From positions 1-46,665 of IMG/VR virus record IMGVR_UViG_3300017788_001560: 46,665 nt of DNA, one strand, 5' to 3'. Below the pieces are notes generated by a model that saw nothing but the letters and a program-made list of their open reading frames with translations, ran no database searches and was not told the origin of the DNA. The first letter of the stretch is position 1. Every line of letters starts with the position of its first letter. This DNA comes from a virus (taxonomy: Duplodnaviria > Caudoviricetes). Of this stretch, positions 1-8,983 are shown in pieces. A program made the position numbers and the translations under genes.

Positions 1-711
1 TCAGATGAATTCAACGAACTGCCAGAAGATGCTTCTATTGAAGAAATAAAAGAGGTTTTAGATGACCTTTTGGAAACCGATTTATCCAAAGAGGAATTAG
101 CAGAAGTTCTTGATGACGTATTTAATGATGATCTATCTGATGAAGAAACAATTGAATTAGCCAAGGAGGTTCTGAAGGGAGAACTTGACGCAGAAGAATT
201 TGGTGCTGTAATTAACGCCATTTTTGACGAGGTGGTAACTGACGAAGTTTTAATTGAAACATTTACGGCTGTTTTGGAAACGAAGCTTGATGACGAAAAG
301 TTTGAAGCAGTTGTAAACATTCTTGAATCGGAGACTATTTCTAAAGAACAGGTTGCTGAAGTAGTTACTTTGATTATTGAACAAGAAGGCGGAGTTACTG
401 AGGAACAAGCAACAGAACTTGCAACAAGCGCAAAGGTGTTGGAGAGCATTGACGGAGAACAAGCAACGGAAGTTTTTGATGCCGTGGTTGCGTCTGAGGT
501 GTCGCCAGAAGATGGGTTAGCAATTTCAAAAGCGGTTCAAGAAGCGCCCAAAGAAGTTAGAAAAGCATTTGAAAAAGAACTTAATGTTTTTGAAGGTGTA
601 TTTGATGTGTATGTTCCCATGGGTTCTAGGGTTCCAGTGGGTGAACGCCGCGTCATTGTTGGCGTGGGTGCTGTATTATTGAGTGCCCCAGTTCGCATAC
701 GAGTTGGGTAA
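1..711 (+). CDS. 5'-truncated acidic helical-repeat protein with a C-terminal hydrophobic segment
   Basis: Frame is open from base 1 (SDEFNELPEDASIEEIKEV...); about 17-aa acidic repeats; C-terminus VIVGVGAVLLSAPVRIRVG. Confidence 0.8.
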   Translation, partial: SDEFNELPEDASIEEIKEVLDDLLETDLSKEELAEVLDDVFNDDLSDEETIELAKEVLKGELDAEEFGAVINAIFDEVVTDEVLIETFTAVLETKLDDEKFEAVVNILESETISKEQVAEVVTLIIEQEGGVTEEQATELATSAKVLESIDGEQATEVFDAVVASEVSPEDGLAISKAVQEAPKEVRKAFEKELNVFEGVFDVYVPMGSRVPVGERRVIVGVGAVLLSAPVRIRVG

Positions 712-824
712 GGTTAACTAATTAAAATCGCATTAGAGGCCTCTAGGGGGCCATTACAGGCGACAAAACACCATATGGGCTACCTGACAGCGGACTTTAC
801 CAAAACTAGCGTATATGGAGTTTT

Positions 825-989
825 ATGGAAAATGTTAAAAAAGAGTTAAAAGGTCTAATTTGGACTTTGGCCGGAACTGGGTTGGTGTTGATAACCCTAT
901 CTGGAAGTACTCGTACAACTGGCATTTGGATTAGTGTTGCTGCTATAGTGCTCTCGCTAGGAAGTGCGTATTTATCTAAAGACGAGTAA
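825..989 (+). CDS. Small two-TM membrane protein (54 aa, not in ORF track)
   Basis: GGAG at 817-820, ATG 825, MENVKKELKGLIWTLAGTGLVLITLSGSTRTTGIWISVAAIVLSLGSAYLSKDE, TAA 987-989. Confidence 0.8.
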   Translation: MENVKKELKGLIWTLAGTGLVLITLSGSTRTTGIWISVAAIVLSLGSAYLSKDE

Positions 990-995
990 AGGTAC

Positions 996-2078
996 ATGAG
1001 TCGGAACACAATAGGGTTTTTAACACACGACTGGGCATTCGGAACAAAACCATTACAACCTAATGGATGTGCTTGGTATAGGTGTTTACTACCAATGCGC
1101 GAATTAGAAAAATATGGTTGGCGTGTTGGTATTGGTTTGCCACAATTTAATGAAGAACACGGTTTTGGAATGATTTTGAACGAGTCCCAAGCCGTGCATG
1201 GTTGGGATGTTTTGGTGTTTAAACTTCTTATGAGAAAAGAAGTGGCATCAGCAATGCCGCTTGCTAAAGCCCTTGGTCAAAAAATAGTTGTAGATATTGA
1301 CGACTTTTTTGATGGTTTAGACGAAACTAATCAGGCTTATGCTGTTACTGACCCAAAAAGAAATTCAGAAAATAATCGTGAACATTACAACTTTATTATT
1401 GCTCAAGCAGACGCAATAATAACATCAACACCATTTTTGTACGACTACTACAAAGTAAAATATAAAAACGTTTATCTTGTACGAAATGGTATTGATTTAC
1501 CTAGGTGGGTGCGTAGAAGAGATAGGGCAGCCAGTAGACCGACAATTGGTTGGGTGGGCGCAACCCCCTGGAGATCCAGGGACTTAGAAACTTTGTCTTC
1601 TTGGATTGGACCATTTATAAAGAAAAACAATTTATTGTTTCACCATTCTGGTTATACCAGAAATTCGCCCCTAGCTAGGGAGCAGTTAAAAATAGACAAG
1701 CAACGTTGCACGGATACCCCATTATGTCCAATTAGGGAATACCCTAAATTGTTTAACAAGATAGATATTGGAATTGTTCCTCTTAATGATTTACCCTTTA
1801 ACCACGCTAAGTCTTACATAAAAGGACTTGAATACGCCGTTTCTGGAGTGCCTTTTGTATCTTCCTATTCTCCTGAATACGAGTATCTAGCGAATGCGGG
1901 TGTTGGCAGAGTGGCTCATAGTGCTGAAGAATGGCAGTACCATTTAAAGGAATTAATGAATCCACAACTTCGTAAAGATGAAGCCGACGTCAATTATGAA
2001 ATAGTAAAAGAAAACTTTACAATGGCCCAAACTGGTGCCGATTGGCACGAGGTAATGACTAAAATACTAGCTTTGTAG
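996..2078 (+). CDS. Glycosyltransferase (GT-B fold, GT4-like)
   Basis: GCAWYRCLLP, IVVDIDD, IGWVG, DIGIVPL...FNHAKSYIKGLEY...GVPFVSS motifs typical of phage GT-B enzymes. Confidence 0.85.
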   Translation: MSRNTIGFLTHDWAFGTKPLQPNGCAWYRCLLPMRELEKYGWRVGIGLPQFNEEHGFGMILNESQAVHGWDVLVFKLLMRKEVASAMPLAKALGQKIVVDIDDFFDGLDETNQAYAVTDPKRNSENNREHYNFIIAQADAIITSTPFLYDYYKVKYKNVYLVRNGIDLPRWVRRRDRAASRPTIGWVGATPWRSRDLETLSSWIGPFIKKNNLLFHHSGYTRNSPLAREQLKIDKQRCTDTPLCPIREYPKLFNKIDIGIVPLNDLPFNHAKSYIKGLEYAVSGVPFVSSYSPEYEYLANAGVGRVAHSAEEWQYHLKELMNPQLRKDEADVNYEIVKENFTMAQTGADWHEVMTKILAL

Positions 2079-2085
2079 ATTGTTC

Positions 2086-2091
2086 TATAAT
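2086..2091 (+). promoter_or_regulatory. -10 box of a probable leaderless promoter
   Basis: TATAAT 7 nt before ATG 2099, no SD. Confidence 0.55.
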
Positions 2092-2098
2092 ATGATCC

Positions 2099-2707
2099 AT
2101 GGCTAGAAAAAGAGGAATTAATCCTGACGCACGCAACCGGATTAAGGCCGCGCTTCAAGACTCCAAGGCTTCTTTTGCACTTTCGTCAGACGAGGCTAAA
2201 GAAGCGTTGTTTTACAAAGAAGAACGTTTTGACCCATGGGTCGCGGCTACGCAAGGCGCTGACAATGAAGACCCTAGTCAATTGGGTGAGCGTACAAACG
2301 GACAAGACAGCACACGATTGTTATCTGCTCAATATTTTTTTAATAAAGAAACTTTAATTGGCAATATCTATTTAAAATTTAGAGGACAGGCAAAAAGAAC
2401 AAACGGGCCTTATTACGTATTTAATAATGTTCCAGCGTTTGTTGCAAAACGCTATATGACCGCATTGTCCAAAGGTAAAACGTTTAATACGATGGGGTTA
2501 TCCGGAGGGTATACGCGAGACATGACTAAATTTGCTCTAGAACCAGCAACTCCATTTGGTGCAAAAATTCAAAGAGGTAACTATGGAAACGTTCCTCCAA
2601 TTCCAGGAGTTCCTAGAGCTAATCCTCTTTCAGAGGAAGATTACGAGTCGGGCACTGGAATACCACAACAATCCGCTGATGGACCAGCACAAGGAAAATT
2701 GTTTTAA
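2099..2707 (+). CDS. KTSC-domain-like protein
   Basis: IYLKF...YYVFNNVP...YMTALSKGKTFN resembles the KTSC consensus (L.v.F..G..Y.Y..VP...l..A.SkG.yfn). Confidence 0.6.
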   Translation: MARKRGINPDARNRIKAALQDSKASFALSSDEAKEALFYKEERFDPWVAATQGADNEDPSQLGERTNGQDSTRLLSAQYFFNKETLIGNIYLKFRGQAKRTNGPYYVFNNVPAFVAKRYMTALSKGKTFNTMGLSGGYTRDMTKFALEPATPFGAKIQRGNYGNVPPIPGVPRANPLSEEDYESGTGIPQQSADGPAQGKLF

Positions 2708-2727
2708 TTAACGCTAGGCTACACAAT

Positions 2728-3003
2728 ATGTCTATTAACACAGTTTACGGTTTTTGGTTTGTCTATTGGATAGTTCGTGATACTGCAACCAGTTCAACAC
2801 CTAGATTAGCCATTGGTTGGCTTCGTGAATTGGGTGGGTATTGGCGTGTTGGAAAAGGGATTCAAATTAAAACAGGAAAATACATTACACAAGTTGGTGT
2901 TTGCAAAAAACGAGAATTTACAACCGAAGAAGAGGGGACGTTAAGCGTCCTTGAGGGTAGGATGATGACAACATCTACTAGTGAGATTGGAGATTGGCGT
3001 TGA
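2728..3003 (+). CDS. Hypothetical protein
   Basis: ATG ORF in the operon, preceded by TAGGCT 7 nt upstream. Confidence 0.7.
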   Translation: MSINTVYGFWFVYWIVRDTATSSTPRLAIGWLRELGGYWRVGKGIQIKTGKYITQVGVCKKREFTTEEEGTLSVLEGRMMTTSTSEIGDWR

Positions 3004-3248
3004 GATTGTTTAAAACTACTAAGTTGCTGACTGAGGAGAAGGAAAGAACTCGTGCACAACTTCGTGCGGAGAGATTGGATACTTCATCTTTGTATACATG
3101 GATGGATAATTCCATTATGTCCTTGGGAGCTTCCTTTGATAATTGGCGCTTTAAGGACGCTCCATCAACGGAAGTTTCTTCGTGCATAGAAGCCATTGCT
3201 GTGGTATGGTCGGAAATTGAAAAGAGGAAAAATGACAGACACACGTAG
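2994..3248 (+). CDS. Hypothetical protein
   Basis: TTG start with GAG upstream; overlaps both neighbours. Confidence 0.65.
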   Translation: MALRLFKTTKLLTEEKERTRAQLRAERLDTSSLYTWMDNSIMSLGASFDNWRFKDAPSTEVSSCIEAIAVVWSEIEKRKNDRHT

Positions 3249-3483
3249 ATCACCAGAAGAGCTAAAAATGGACAAAGTCGTAACAATGTTGCGAAAGATG
3301 GCAAACGATATTGGATCGTTTCCTCACAACAACATAATTAAACGAGAAGATTACCGTTTGATTGCCGACGTTGACGACCTTTATAATTTTCTGATATGCG
3401 TTGAAGACCTTTACGAATACCACAAAGGATTAGTACGCCCAACAGAAGCACACCCGGACCAACTATCGTTATTTGAGATGTAG
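3232..3483 (+). CDS. Hypothetical protein (start moved to ATG 3232)
   Basis: AGAGGA SD before MTDTRRSPEE; ends in DQLSLF. Confidence 0.65.
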   Translation: MTDTRRSPEELKMDKVVTMLRKMANDIGSFPHNNIIKREDYRLIADVDDLYNFLICVEDLYEYHKGLVRPTEAHPDQLSLFEM

Positions 3484-3498
3484 TGTATCCTTGTATGA

Positions 3499-5055
3499 AT
3501 GAGCGAAACACTAATTGACGAACAATTACCAGAGGATTTAGTTGAAGAATTAGACGAAACCTCGGCTGAGTTTGTAGAAAACCTTGTCACAAAACTAGTT
3601 TTATTTACAGAACAGTTCTGTGATGTTGAGTTTTTTCCCTATCAAATTCCAATTGCTTATCGGGTAGTTGAATCTATTGTGCTGGGTGACGGCGAAGAAT
3701 TAACGCTAATTGCAACTCGTCAAAGCGGTAAATCAGAAGTCATTTCTAATGTGCTTGCAGCCATGATGGTTATTCTTCCAAAATTGGCTCCTGTATATCC
3801 AACATGGTTGTCTAAGTTTAGTAAGGGCTTTTGGTGCGGTGTTTTTGCTCCCGTTGAGGACCAGGCCGATACCGTGTTTAGCCGCATAGTTAATCGTTTG
3901 ACGTCAGACCATGCTTTGACCTTTTTGTTAGATCCAGAGATTGATGACACTACCAAAGCTGGTGGCACGCGAGGTAAAGGAAAGATTCTAGCTTTAAAAA
4001 ATTCTGGATCATTGTGCCGTATGCAAACTTGTAACCCTAAAGCCAAAATTGAATCTAAAACGTATCATTTTGTGTTAATTGATGAGGCTCAAGAAGCTGA
4101 CGAATACGTAATTGCCAAATCTATTAAACCAATGTTGGCGTTTAACAACGGAAGCATTATGTTAACTGGCACTGCTTCTCGTACCAAATCTTATTTTTAC
4201 AAGATGATTCAATACAACAAACGACGTATGACTAGCAGTAAAAGGAACATGAGAGACTGTCACTTTGAGTACGATTGGCGAGTTGCCTCTAAGTACAACC
4301 AGAACTACTTAAAGTTTATTGCCAAAGAAAAACTACGAATTGGTGAAGATTCTGACGAATTCCAAATGTCTTATTGCAATCGTTGGATGCTTGAAAAGGG
4401 TATGTTTGTCACCGAAGAGCGCATGGAAAGACTGTACGAACCGTCTATGCCGCTGGTTAAACAATGGTGGAGAACACCCGTAGTTGCCGGAATTGACGTT
4501 GCTCGTTCCAATGACTCTACGGTGGTAACTGTCGTGTGGGTGGATTGGGACCATCCAGATCCGTTTGGTTTCTATGAACATAGAGTTTTAAATTGGTTAG
4601 AAATCAACGACCAGGAATGGGAAAATCAATACTTTCAAATTGTTGATTTTTTGCGTAATTATGAAGTTTGTAAAGTTGCTGTAGACGCCCAAGGTGTTGG
4701 TGGTGCGGTTGCCGAACGTCTTCAAATCCTTTTGCCCCACATAGAAGTAACGGCTACACCATCTGATTCAAAAAGTCAAAATGAACGATGGGTGCATTTG
4801 ACCGAATTAATTCAAAGAGAGCAACTTATTATTCCTGGGCATTCTAAGGCCCGACGCACTAAAATGTGGAAACGATTTAACCAACAAATGAATGATTTGG
4901 AAAAAGTTTACAAAGGTCCGTATATGATGGCAGAAGCCCCTGACGAAAAAGGAGCTTTTGACGACTATCCAGATTCTCTTGCTTTGGCATGCTCTACAAC
5001 CCTGCACGACACCATGCCTACGATCCAAGTTGGGGAAAACCCATTCTTTAAATAA
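3499..5055 (+). CDS. terL: Terminase large subunit
   Basis: FFPYQ Q-motif, Walker A ATRQSGKS, Walker B VLIDEAQ, LTGT coupling motif, nuclease GIDVARSND and DDYPDSLA. Confidence 0.95.
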   Translation: MSETLIDEQLPEDLVEELDETSAEFVENLVTKLVLFTEQFCDVEFFPYQIPIAYRVVESIVLGDGEELTLIATRQSGKSEVISNVLAAMMVILPKLAPVYPTWLSKFSKGFWCGVFAPVEDQADTVFSRIVNRLTSDHALTFLLDPEIDDTTKAGGTRGKGKILALKNSGSLCRMQTCNPKAKIESKTYHFVLIDEAQEADEYVIAKSIKPMLAFNNGSIMLTGTASRTKSYFYKMIQYNKRRMTSSKRNMRDCHFEYDWRVASKYNQNYLKFIAKEKLRIGEDSDEFQMSYCNRWMLEKGMFVTEERMERLYEPSMPLVKQWWRTPVVAGIDVARSNDSTVVTVVWVDWDHPDPFGFYEHRVLNWLEINDQEWENQYFQIVDFLRNYEVCKVAVDAQGVGGAVAERLQILLPHIEVTATPSDSKSQNERWVHLTELIQREQLIIPGHSKARRTKMWKRFNQQMNDLEKVYKGPYMMAEAPDEKGAFDDYPDSLALACSTTLHDTMPTIQVGENPFFK

Positions 5056-5064
5056 TGGTATTCT
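5056..5064 (+). promoter_or_regulatory. Extended -10 promoter
   Basis: TG-G-TATTCT directly after the terL stop, followed by AAGGAG SD. Confidence 0.45.
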
Positions 5065-5095
5065 TTAATATCCGATTAACTCTAAGGAGTGACAC

Positions 5096-5503
5096 ATGAC
5101 AGTATCACCAGCACCTATGATCCCAGAAACAGGTCGTAACGAAATTATGTTTGAAGGCGAGTACGCCCCAAGCATTACAGGCAACAAGGGTCCGCTTCGC
5201 TTTGAAGAAGGCATTGCTACAGACACCGACGTTCCAAACGACTTTGCCAAAGGCGCATACGAGGACACAGCTCCATCGCCAATGCGAATGAACCAAAACA
5301 ACCCTGAAATGTTCTACAAGCATGCCGCAGATACCATGCGCGAGCGTGCACACGTAGGTTCGGCTTCGTGGGTTGAAGCACCATCGGTTCTTAGCGAGTT
5401 TGTAGAAGGTGCCATGGCTGGCGACGACATGCCGAAGTGGGAGTATTCCTACAACAGCGGTAGCCACATGAACCGTCCGAACGTAACCGTTGTTAACGAT
5501 TAA
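5096..5503 (+). CDS. Hypothetical phage protein
   Basis: Strong AAGGAG SD; GPLRFEEGIATDTDVP segment. Confidence 0.8.
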   Translation: MTVSPAPMIPETGRNEIMFEGEYAPSITGNKGPLRFEEGIATDTDVPNDFAKGAYEDTAPSPMRMNQNNPEMFYKHAADTMRERAHVGSASWVEAPSVLSEFVEGAMAGDDMPKWEYSYNSGSHMNRPNVTVVND

Positions 5504-5505
5504 CA

Positions 5506-6039
5506 ATGGAAGGCGGAGCAGCTTCCGCATCTGAGTCCGGCGGTCTTACATCTGGAGACAGCGGTCTTACAGGAACGCAGGAACTATCTGAGAGTATTGC
5601 GCAAACCTACGGGCTAAGTCCTGTAGGCGCGTTTAGCCCACGGGGTTACAAAAGTAGAAAAGGTATTTTTAAAACCCTTGTTTTGCGCACCCCACCAGCA
5701 TATGCTGAACTACGAGAACGACGACATCCATTTGTTCTTAACTCGTATTTGAAAAACACACTTGGCGTTTCGGTTTACCAACCAACGGGTTATGCTATGC
5801 CAAAGAACTTGGCAGGCTCTGGTTCGCAACCAACTGCGCTTTCTAATCAACAGTTTGTAGAAGAACCTGTAGACCCAGTTGATTCCGCATTTGGCACCCA
5901 ATCTCCGCACCTAGATGCTGGTGTTCGTGACGTTAAACGCCCGGAAGACGAAGGTAGGCTAAGTAAAGAAACCGATCTTCGTAGGCGGGCATTGCACGTT
6001 TCAAAAGGTCGCAAAGACAAATACGACTACGGGAGTTAA
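5506..6039 (+). CDS. Hypothetical protein
   Basis: 177-aa ORF tightly packed in the operon. Confidence 0.75.
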   Translation: MEGGAASASESGGLTSGDSGLTGTQELSESIAQTYGLSPVGAFSPRGYKSRKGIFKTLVLRTPPAYAELRERRHPFVLNSYLKNTLGVSVYQPTGYAMPKNLAGSGSQPTALSNQQFVEEPVDPVDSAFGTQSPHLDAGVRDVKRPEDEGRLSKETDLRRRALHVSKGRKDKYDYGS

Positions 6040-6043
6040 CAAC

Positions 6044-7210
6044 ATGGCTAAGTTACCGTCGCTAACAGACATTATAAACTCAGTGTCTGAGTCTGAATAC
6101 AGGCAAGCAATGTCAACAAGAAATACCCGAAAGGCTGTTTTTGACGATTGGAAGAAATTTAAAACTTCTAAAATAATTCCTGGCTATAAAAAACCTGGTG
6201 GCAAAGGTCTAACTATGGTTAGTGGCATGGACACTGACGATGATGCGCTTGATTGGAACGCAAAAATAGCTAAAAATGCAACCCATCCAAATTCTAAAAT
6301 TAATGTAGTTCATGAAATGGGAGTGTCTTTAGCACACGCTGAGACCAGTGGGATATTTGATGCGTGCGCTGGTTGTAGAACAGCAGAATGTGAAAAACTG
6401 TGCAATGCAGAAAGTGGTCATGGAGGCATTAACAAAAAAGGAAAAGATAATGCTGTAATTAGAGCGCAAAAGATTCGTTCTGCATATTGGGAAGAAAACC
6501 CACAATTTGCAGGAGCACTTACAATCATGCAAGCTCGTAAGGGTGCAAGCGCAGCACGCGCAGAAGGATTAATTCCCGCTATTCGTTTTAATATGTGGTC
6601 CGATGTGCACTTGCCTTCAACAACACTTGCTGGTCCTTTTGTTCATGATCTATCTGGTTTAGGGAAACAAGATCCTGAAGCAATCGGCGCAGCTAAAACG
6701 GTGCCAATGTTGACGCACACTAATTACACAAAGAGAACAATGAACAGAGTACTTCGCCCTGGTGAAAAAGAATTTGACGCTGACAACCCTGAAAATTATA
6801 TTGAAACGGGAAGTATTAGCGATCAAACCCCTGTCAAACGGGTGCAACAACGGGTAGCCGTTGGAAAAACAGCACAAGCGCCAGTATGGGCAATGCCAAG
6901 CCAAGTAAAACCAAATACTTGGACAATGCAAGATTCCCATGGTAATAGAGGAACTTTTAAATCTTACGATGCAGACGCAAGTGATTCCAGATTTCTTGAC
7001 GAAGAACTTGGGTATGGTGGACAAGTTGGGTTGTTGCGTCACAAATTAACTCCAGCATTTAGAGAATCTGATTACAAAGCTGGTCCATCTAGTTTTGTAC
7101 GACCACTTGATCCAGATGCCCCAATAGGTTCTCCTACTGGAATTCCAAGAAAATACGCACAAACAACACCAGTGTCTGTCAGTCGCAAACCGTCAAGGAA
7201 GCAGATGTAA
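6044..7210 (+). CDS. GP88-like Cys-motif protein
   Basis: CAGCRTAECEKLC...G.G, AIRFNMWSD, NYTK pattern resembles the phage 'gene product 88' family. Confidence 0.55.
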   Translation: MAKLPSLTDIINSVSESEYRQAMSTRNTRKAVFDDWKKFKTSKIIPGYKKPGGKGLTMVSGMDTDDDALDWNAKIAKNATHPNSKINVVHEMGVSLAHAETSGIFDACAGCRTAECEKLCNAESGHGGINKKGKDNAVIRAQKIRSAYWEENPQFAGALTIMQARKGASAARAEGLIPAIRFNMWSDVHLPSTTLAGPFVHDLSGLGKQDPEAIGAAKTVPMLTHTNYTKRTMNRVLRPGEKEFDADNPENYIETGSISDQTPVKRVQQRVAVGKTAQAPVWAMPSQVKPNTWTMQDSHGNRGTFKSYDADASDSRFLDEELGYGGQVGLLRHKLTPAFRESDYKAGPSSFVRPLDPDAPIGSPTGIPRKYAQTTPVSVSRKPSRKQM

Positions 7211-7211
7211 T

Positions 7212-7424
7212 ATGACTGAGGCTTGGGCAATAGTTATCGCCGCATCAATTCCTGTTTTGGCTACGGGGATTGGTTGGGTAATAAGACTTATTACCACCCT
7301 TGCAAGGACGAATAGAGATGATCACAACAAGGTCATGGAAGAGATGAAAGTGTTGACAAAGAGCGTCAAAAAAGTAGGAAAGAAACTAGATAAACACATA
7401 GATTGGCACGCTTATGAAAAATAA
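7212..7424 (+). CDS. Small membrane protein (1 TM plus coiled coil), lysis-associated
   Basis: N-terminal hydrophobic helix; ends LDKHIDWH; lies in the lysis cassette. Confidence 0.7.
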   Translation: MTEAWAIVIAASIPVLATGIGWVIRLITTLARTNRDDHNKVMEEMKVLTKSVKKVGKKLDKHIDWHAYEK

Positions 7425-7725
7425 AGATTTGTTTATTAATGTTCTTCTTAGAATACTTGCAACTTTTGCCGCATCTGGTTTGGGTGTAATTGGTGCAGGC
7501 GCAATTGCCGGAGTGCCCTTATGGAAGGCTTGTTTTATGGCTGGTATCGCTGGTGTTGCTTTTGTTGTAGAAGGACTGTCTCGTTCTTTCCTAGATGACG
7601 GTAAACTTACGCTTGAAGAAATCAATGATGTCTTTAACAGGGTTGACGGCAAGGATTCTGAAGTAAAAGAAGAACCAAAGAAACCAAAGAAACCAACTAA
7701 AGTTAAAGTAAAGGATGTACAATGA
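7414..7725 (+). CDS. Putative holin
   Basis: Two hydrophobic helices and a charged tail, directly upstream of the endolysin. Confidence 0.65.
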   Translation: MKNKDLFINVLLRILATFAASGLGVIGAGAIAGVPLWKACFMAGIAGVAFVVEGLSRSFLDDGKLTLEEINDVFNRVDGKDSEVKEEPKKPKKPTKVKVKDVQ

Positions 7726-8498
7726 GTAAAGTTGCATGGAATTACATAGTTCCTATTGTCATGCCCAAAGATCTTAAAGGAGTTGAACCTGGAAAATTGC
7801 CCGAATCCTTGCTTAGACCAATCCCCGGCGGAGGAAAGCTCCACTGGCTTGCAGCAAACGCATGGAACGCAATGGTCGCCAAAGCCAAAGCAGACGGACT
7901 TGAACTCAAGCCGACATCATCGGGCGACCTCTATCGCTCTTACGAATCGCAATTGGCGGGTTTTAAGCAGCGCTACGTTTTGGAACCGATTGCAGGAACA
8001 AGCACAAAATCATTTGAAGGAAAAACCTGGTATCTAAAAAAGGGTATGGCAATGCTTGCTACCCCAGGAAAGTCAAACCATAATCTTGGTATTGCCGTTG
8101 ATGTGCATTCAGCAGGAGAATCAAAACGTCTTAATTGGCTAATTGCCAACGTCAAAGATTTTGGATTTTCATGGGAAGTGGTTCCCTCGGAACCCTGGCA
8201 TTTGCGCTATGTATGTGGTGATAACCCACCCCCAGCAGTCGTTGCCTTCACTAGCGGACAACCAGCGGCTGCAGCGCCTGTTGTCAATTTAGCAGTAGCC
8301 CCACCAGTTGCTGCGCATAAAGATGAAAACAAAGAACTCCAACAAGCCCTTAAAGACAAAGGTTTCTATAATGGTCCTGTTGATGGGAACATTGGCCCTA
8401 AGACTCAAGCGGCCATTAAGACATTCAAAATTGCAAACAAACTTAACGCCGACTCCGTTGTTGGTCCAAAGGTAAAAGAACTCCTAGGCCTAAAATAG
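7722..8498 (+). CDS. Endolysin: M15 zinc peptidase plus C-terminal peptidoglycan-binding domain
   Basis: YRSYESQ, PGKSNHNLGIAVD (SxHxxGxAxD), EPWH; LQQAL...DGNIGPKTQAAIKTF PGBD-1. Confidence 0.9.
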   Translation: MSKVAWNYIVPIVMPKDLKGVEPGKLPESLLRPIPGGGKLHWLAANAWNAMVAKAKADGLELKPTSSGDLYRSYESQLAGFKQRYVLEPIAGTSTKSFEGKTWYLKKGMAMLATPGKSNHNLGIAVDVHSAGESKRLNWLIANVKDFGFSWEVVPSEPWHLRYVCGDNPPPAVVAFTSGQPAAAAPVVNLAVAPPVAAHKDENKELQQALKDKGFYNGPVDGNIGPKTQAAIKTFKIANKLNADSVVGPKVKELLGLK

Positions 8499-8514
8499 AC
8501 ATTACAACACTATG

Positions 8515-8543
8515 TTGACGACACGTCATTGGGTTGATAGTAT
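8515..8543 (+). promoter_or_regulatory. Housekeeping-sigma promoter (-35 TTGACG, 17 bp, -10 TAGTAT), leaderless
   Basis: Near-consensus boxes; ATG 8550 lies 6 nt after the -10. Confidence 0.7.
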
Positions 8544-8549
8544 GCCTAT

Positions 8550-8693
8550 ATGCGGGTTTCAGACATTGATCTAATTGTTTACTTTTTACGCAAAGTCTAT
8601 CCAGGGAAAATGGAAGAGGAAACGTTAGTAAACTTGATAGACAAGCTGTTGTTGGAAAAGAAAAACAGGTTGGCCAAAAAGGAAACAAAATGA
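8550..8693 (+). CDS. Small hypothetical protein (47 aa, not in ORF track)
   Basis: MRVSDIDLIVYFLRKVYPGKMEEETLVNLIDKLLLEKKNRLAKKETK; ATGA overlap with the next gene. Confidence 0.7.
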   Translation: MRVSDIDLIVYFLRKVYPGKMEEETLVNLIDKLLLEKKNRLAKKETK

Positions 8694-8983
8694 CCAAAGG
8701 TACGCAAAACGAAACACTGCTTTCAAAATTAGCGGTGATGTCGCAAGAAGTTGAAGCACCTTGTCCACTGGGTAAAATTCACAAACGATTGGACAAAGAA
8801 ACAGCGCAGGCTTTTATATCTGCATTACAAAGCCCCGCTTCAACAACTCAAATACATAAAGCATTAATTTCAGAAGGATTCTCAATAGCAAGAACCACAC
8901 TCAACCATAAACGTCATTGTTTTAAAGCGGGAACAGATGACCAATGTTTATGTTTTCCTAATAACTTGGAGAAAAAGCAATGA
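8690..8983 (+). CDS. Small Cys/His protein, possible Zn-binding HTH
   Basis: PCPLG...helical core...HKRHC...CLC. Confidence 0.65.
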   Translation: MTKGTQNETLLSKLAVMSQEVEAPCPLGKIHKRLDKETAQAFISALQSPASTTQIHKALISEGFSIARTTLNHKRHCFKAGTDDQCLCFPNNLEKKQ

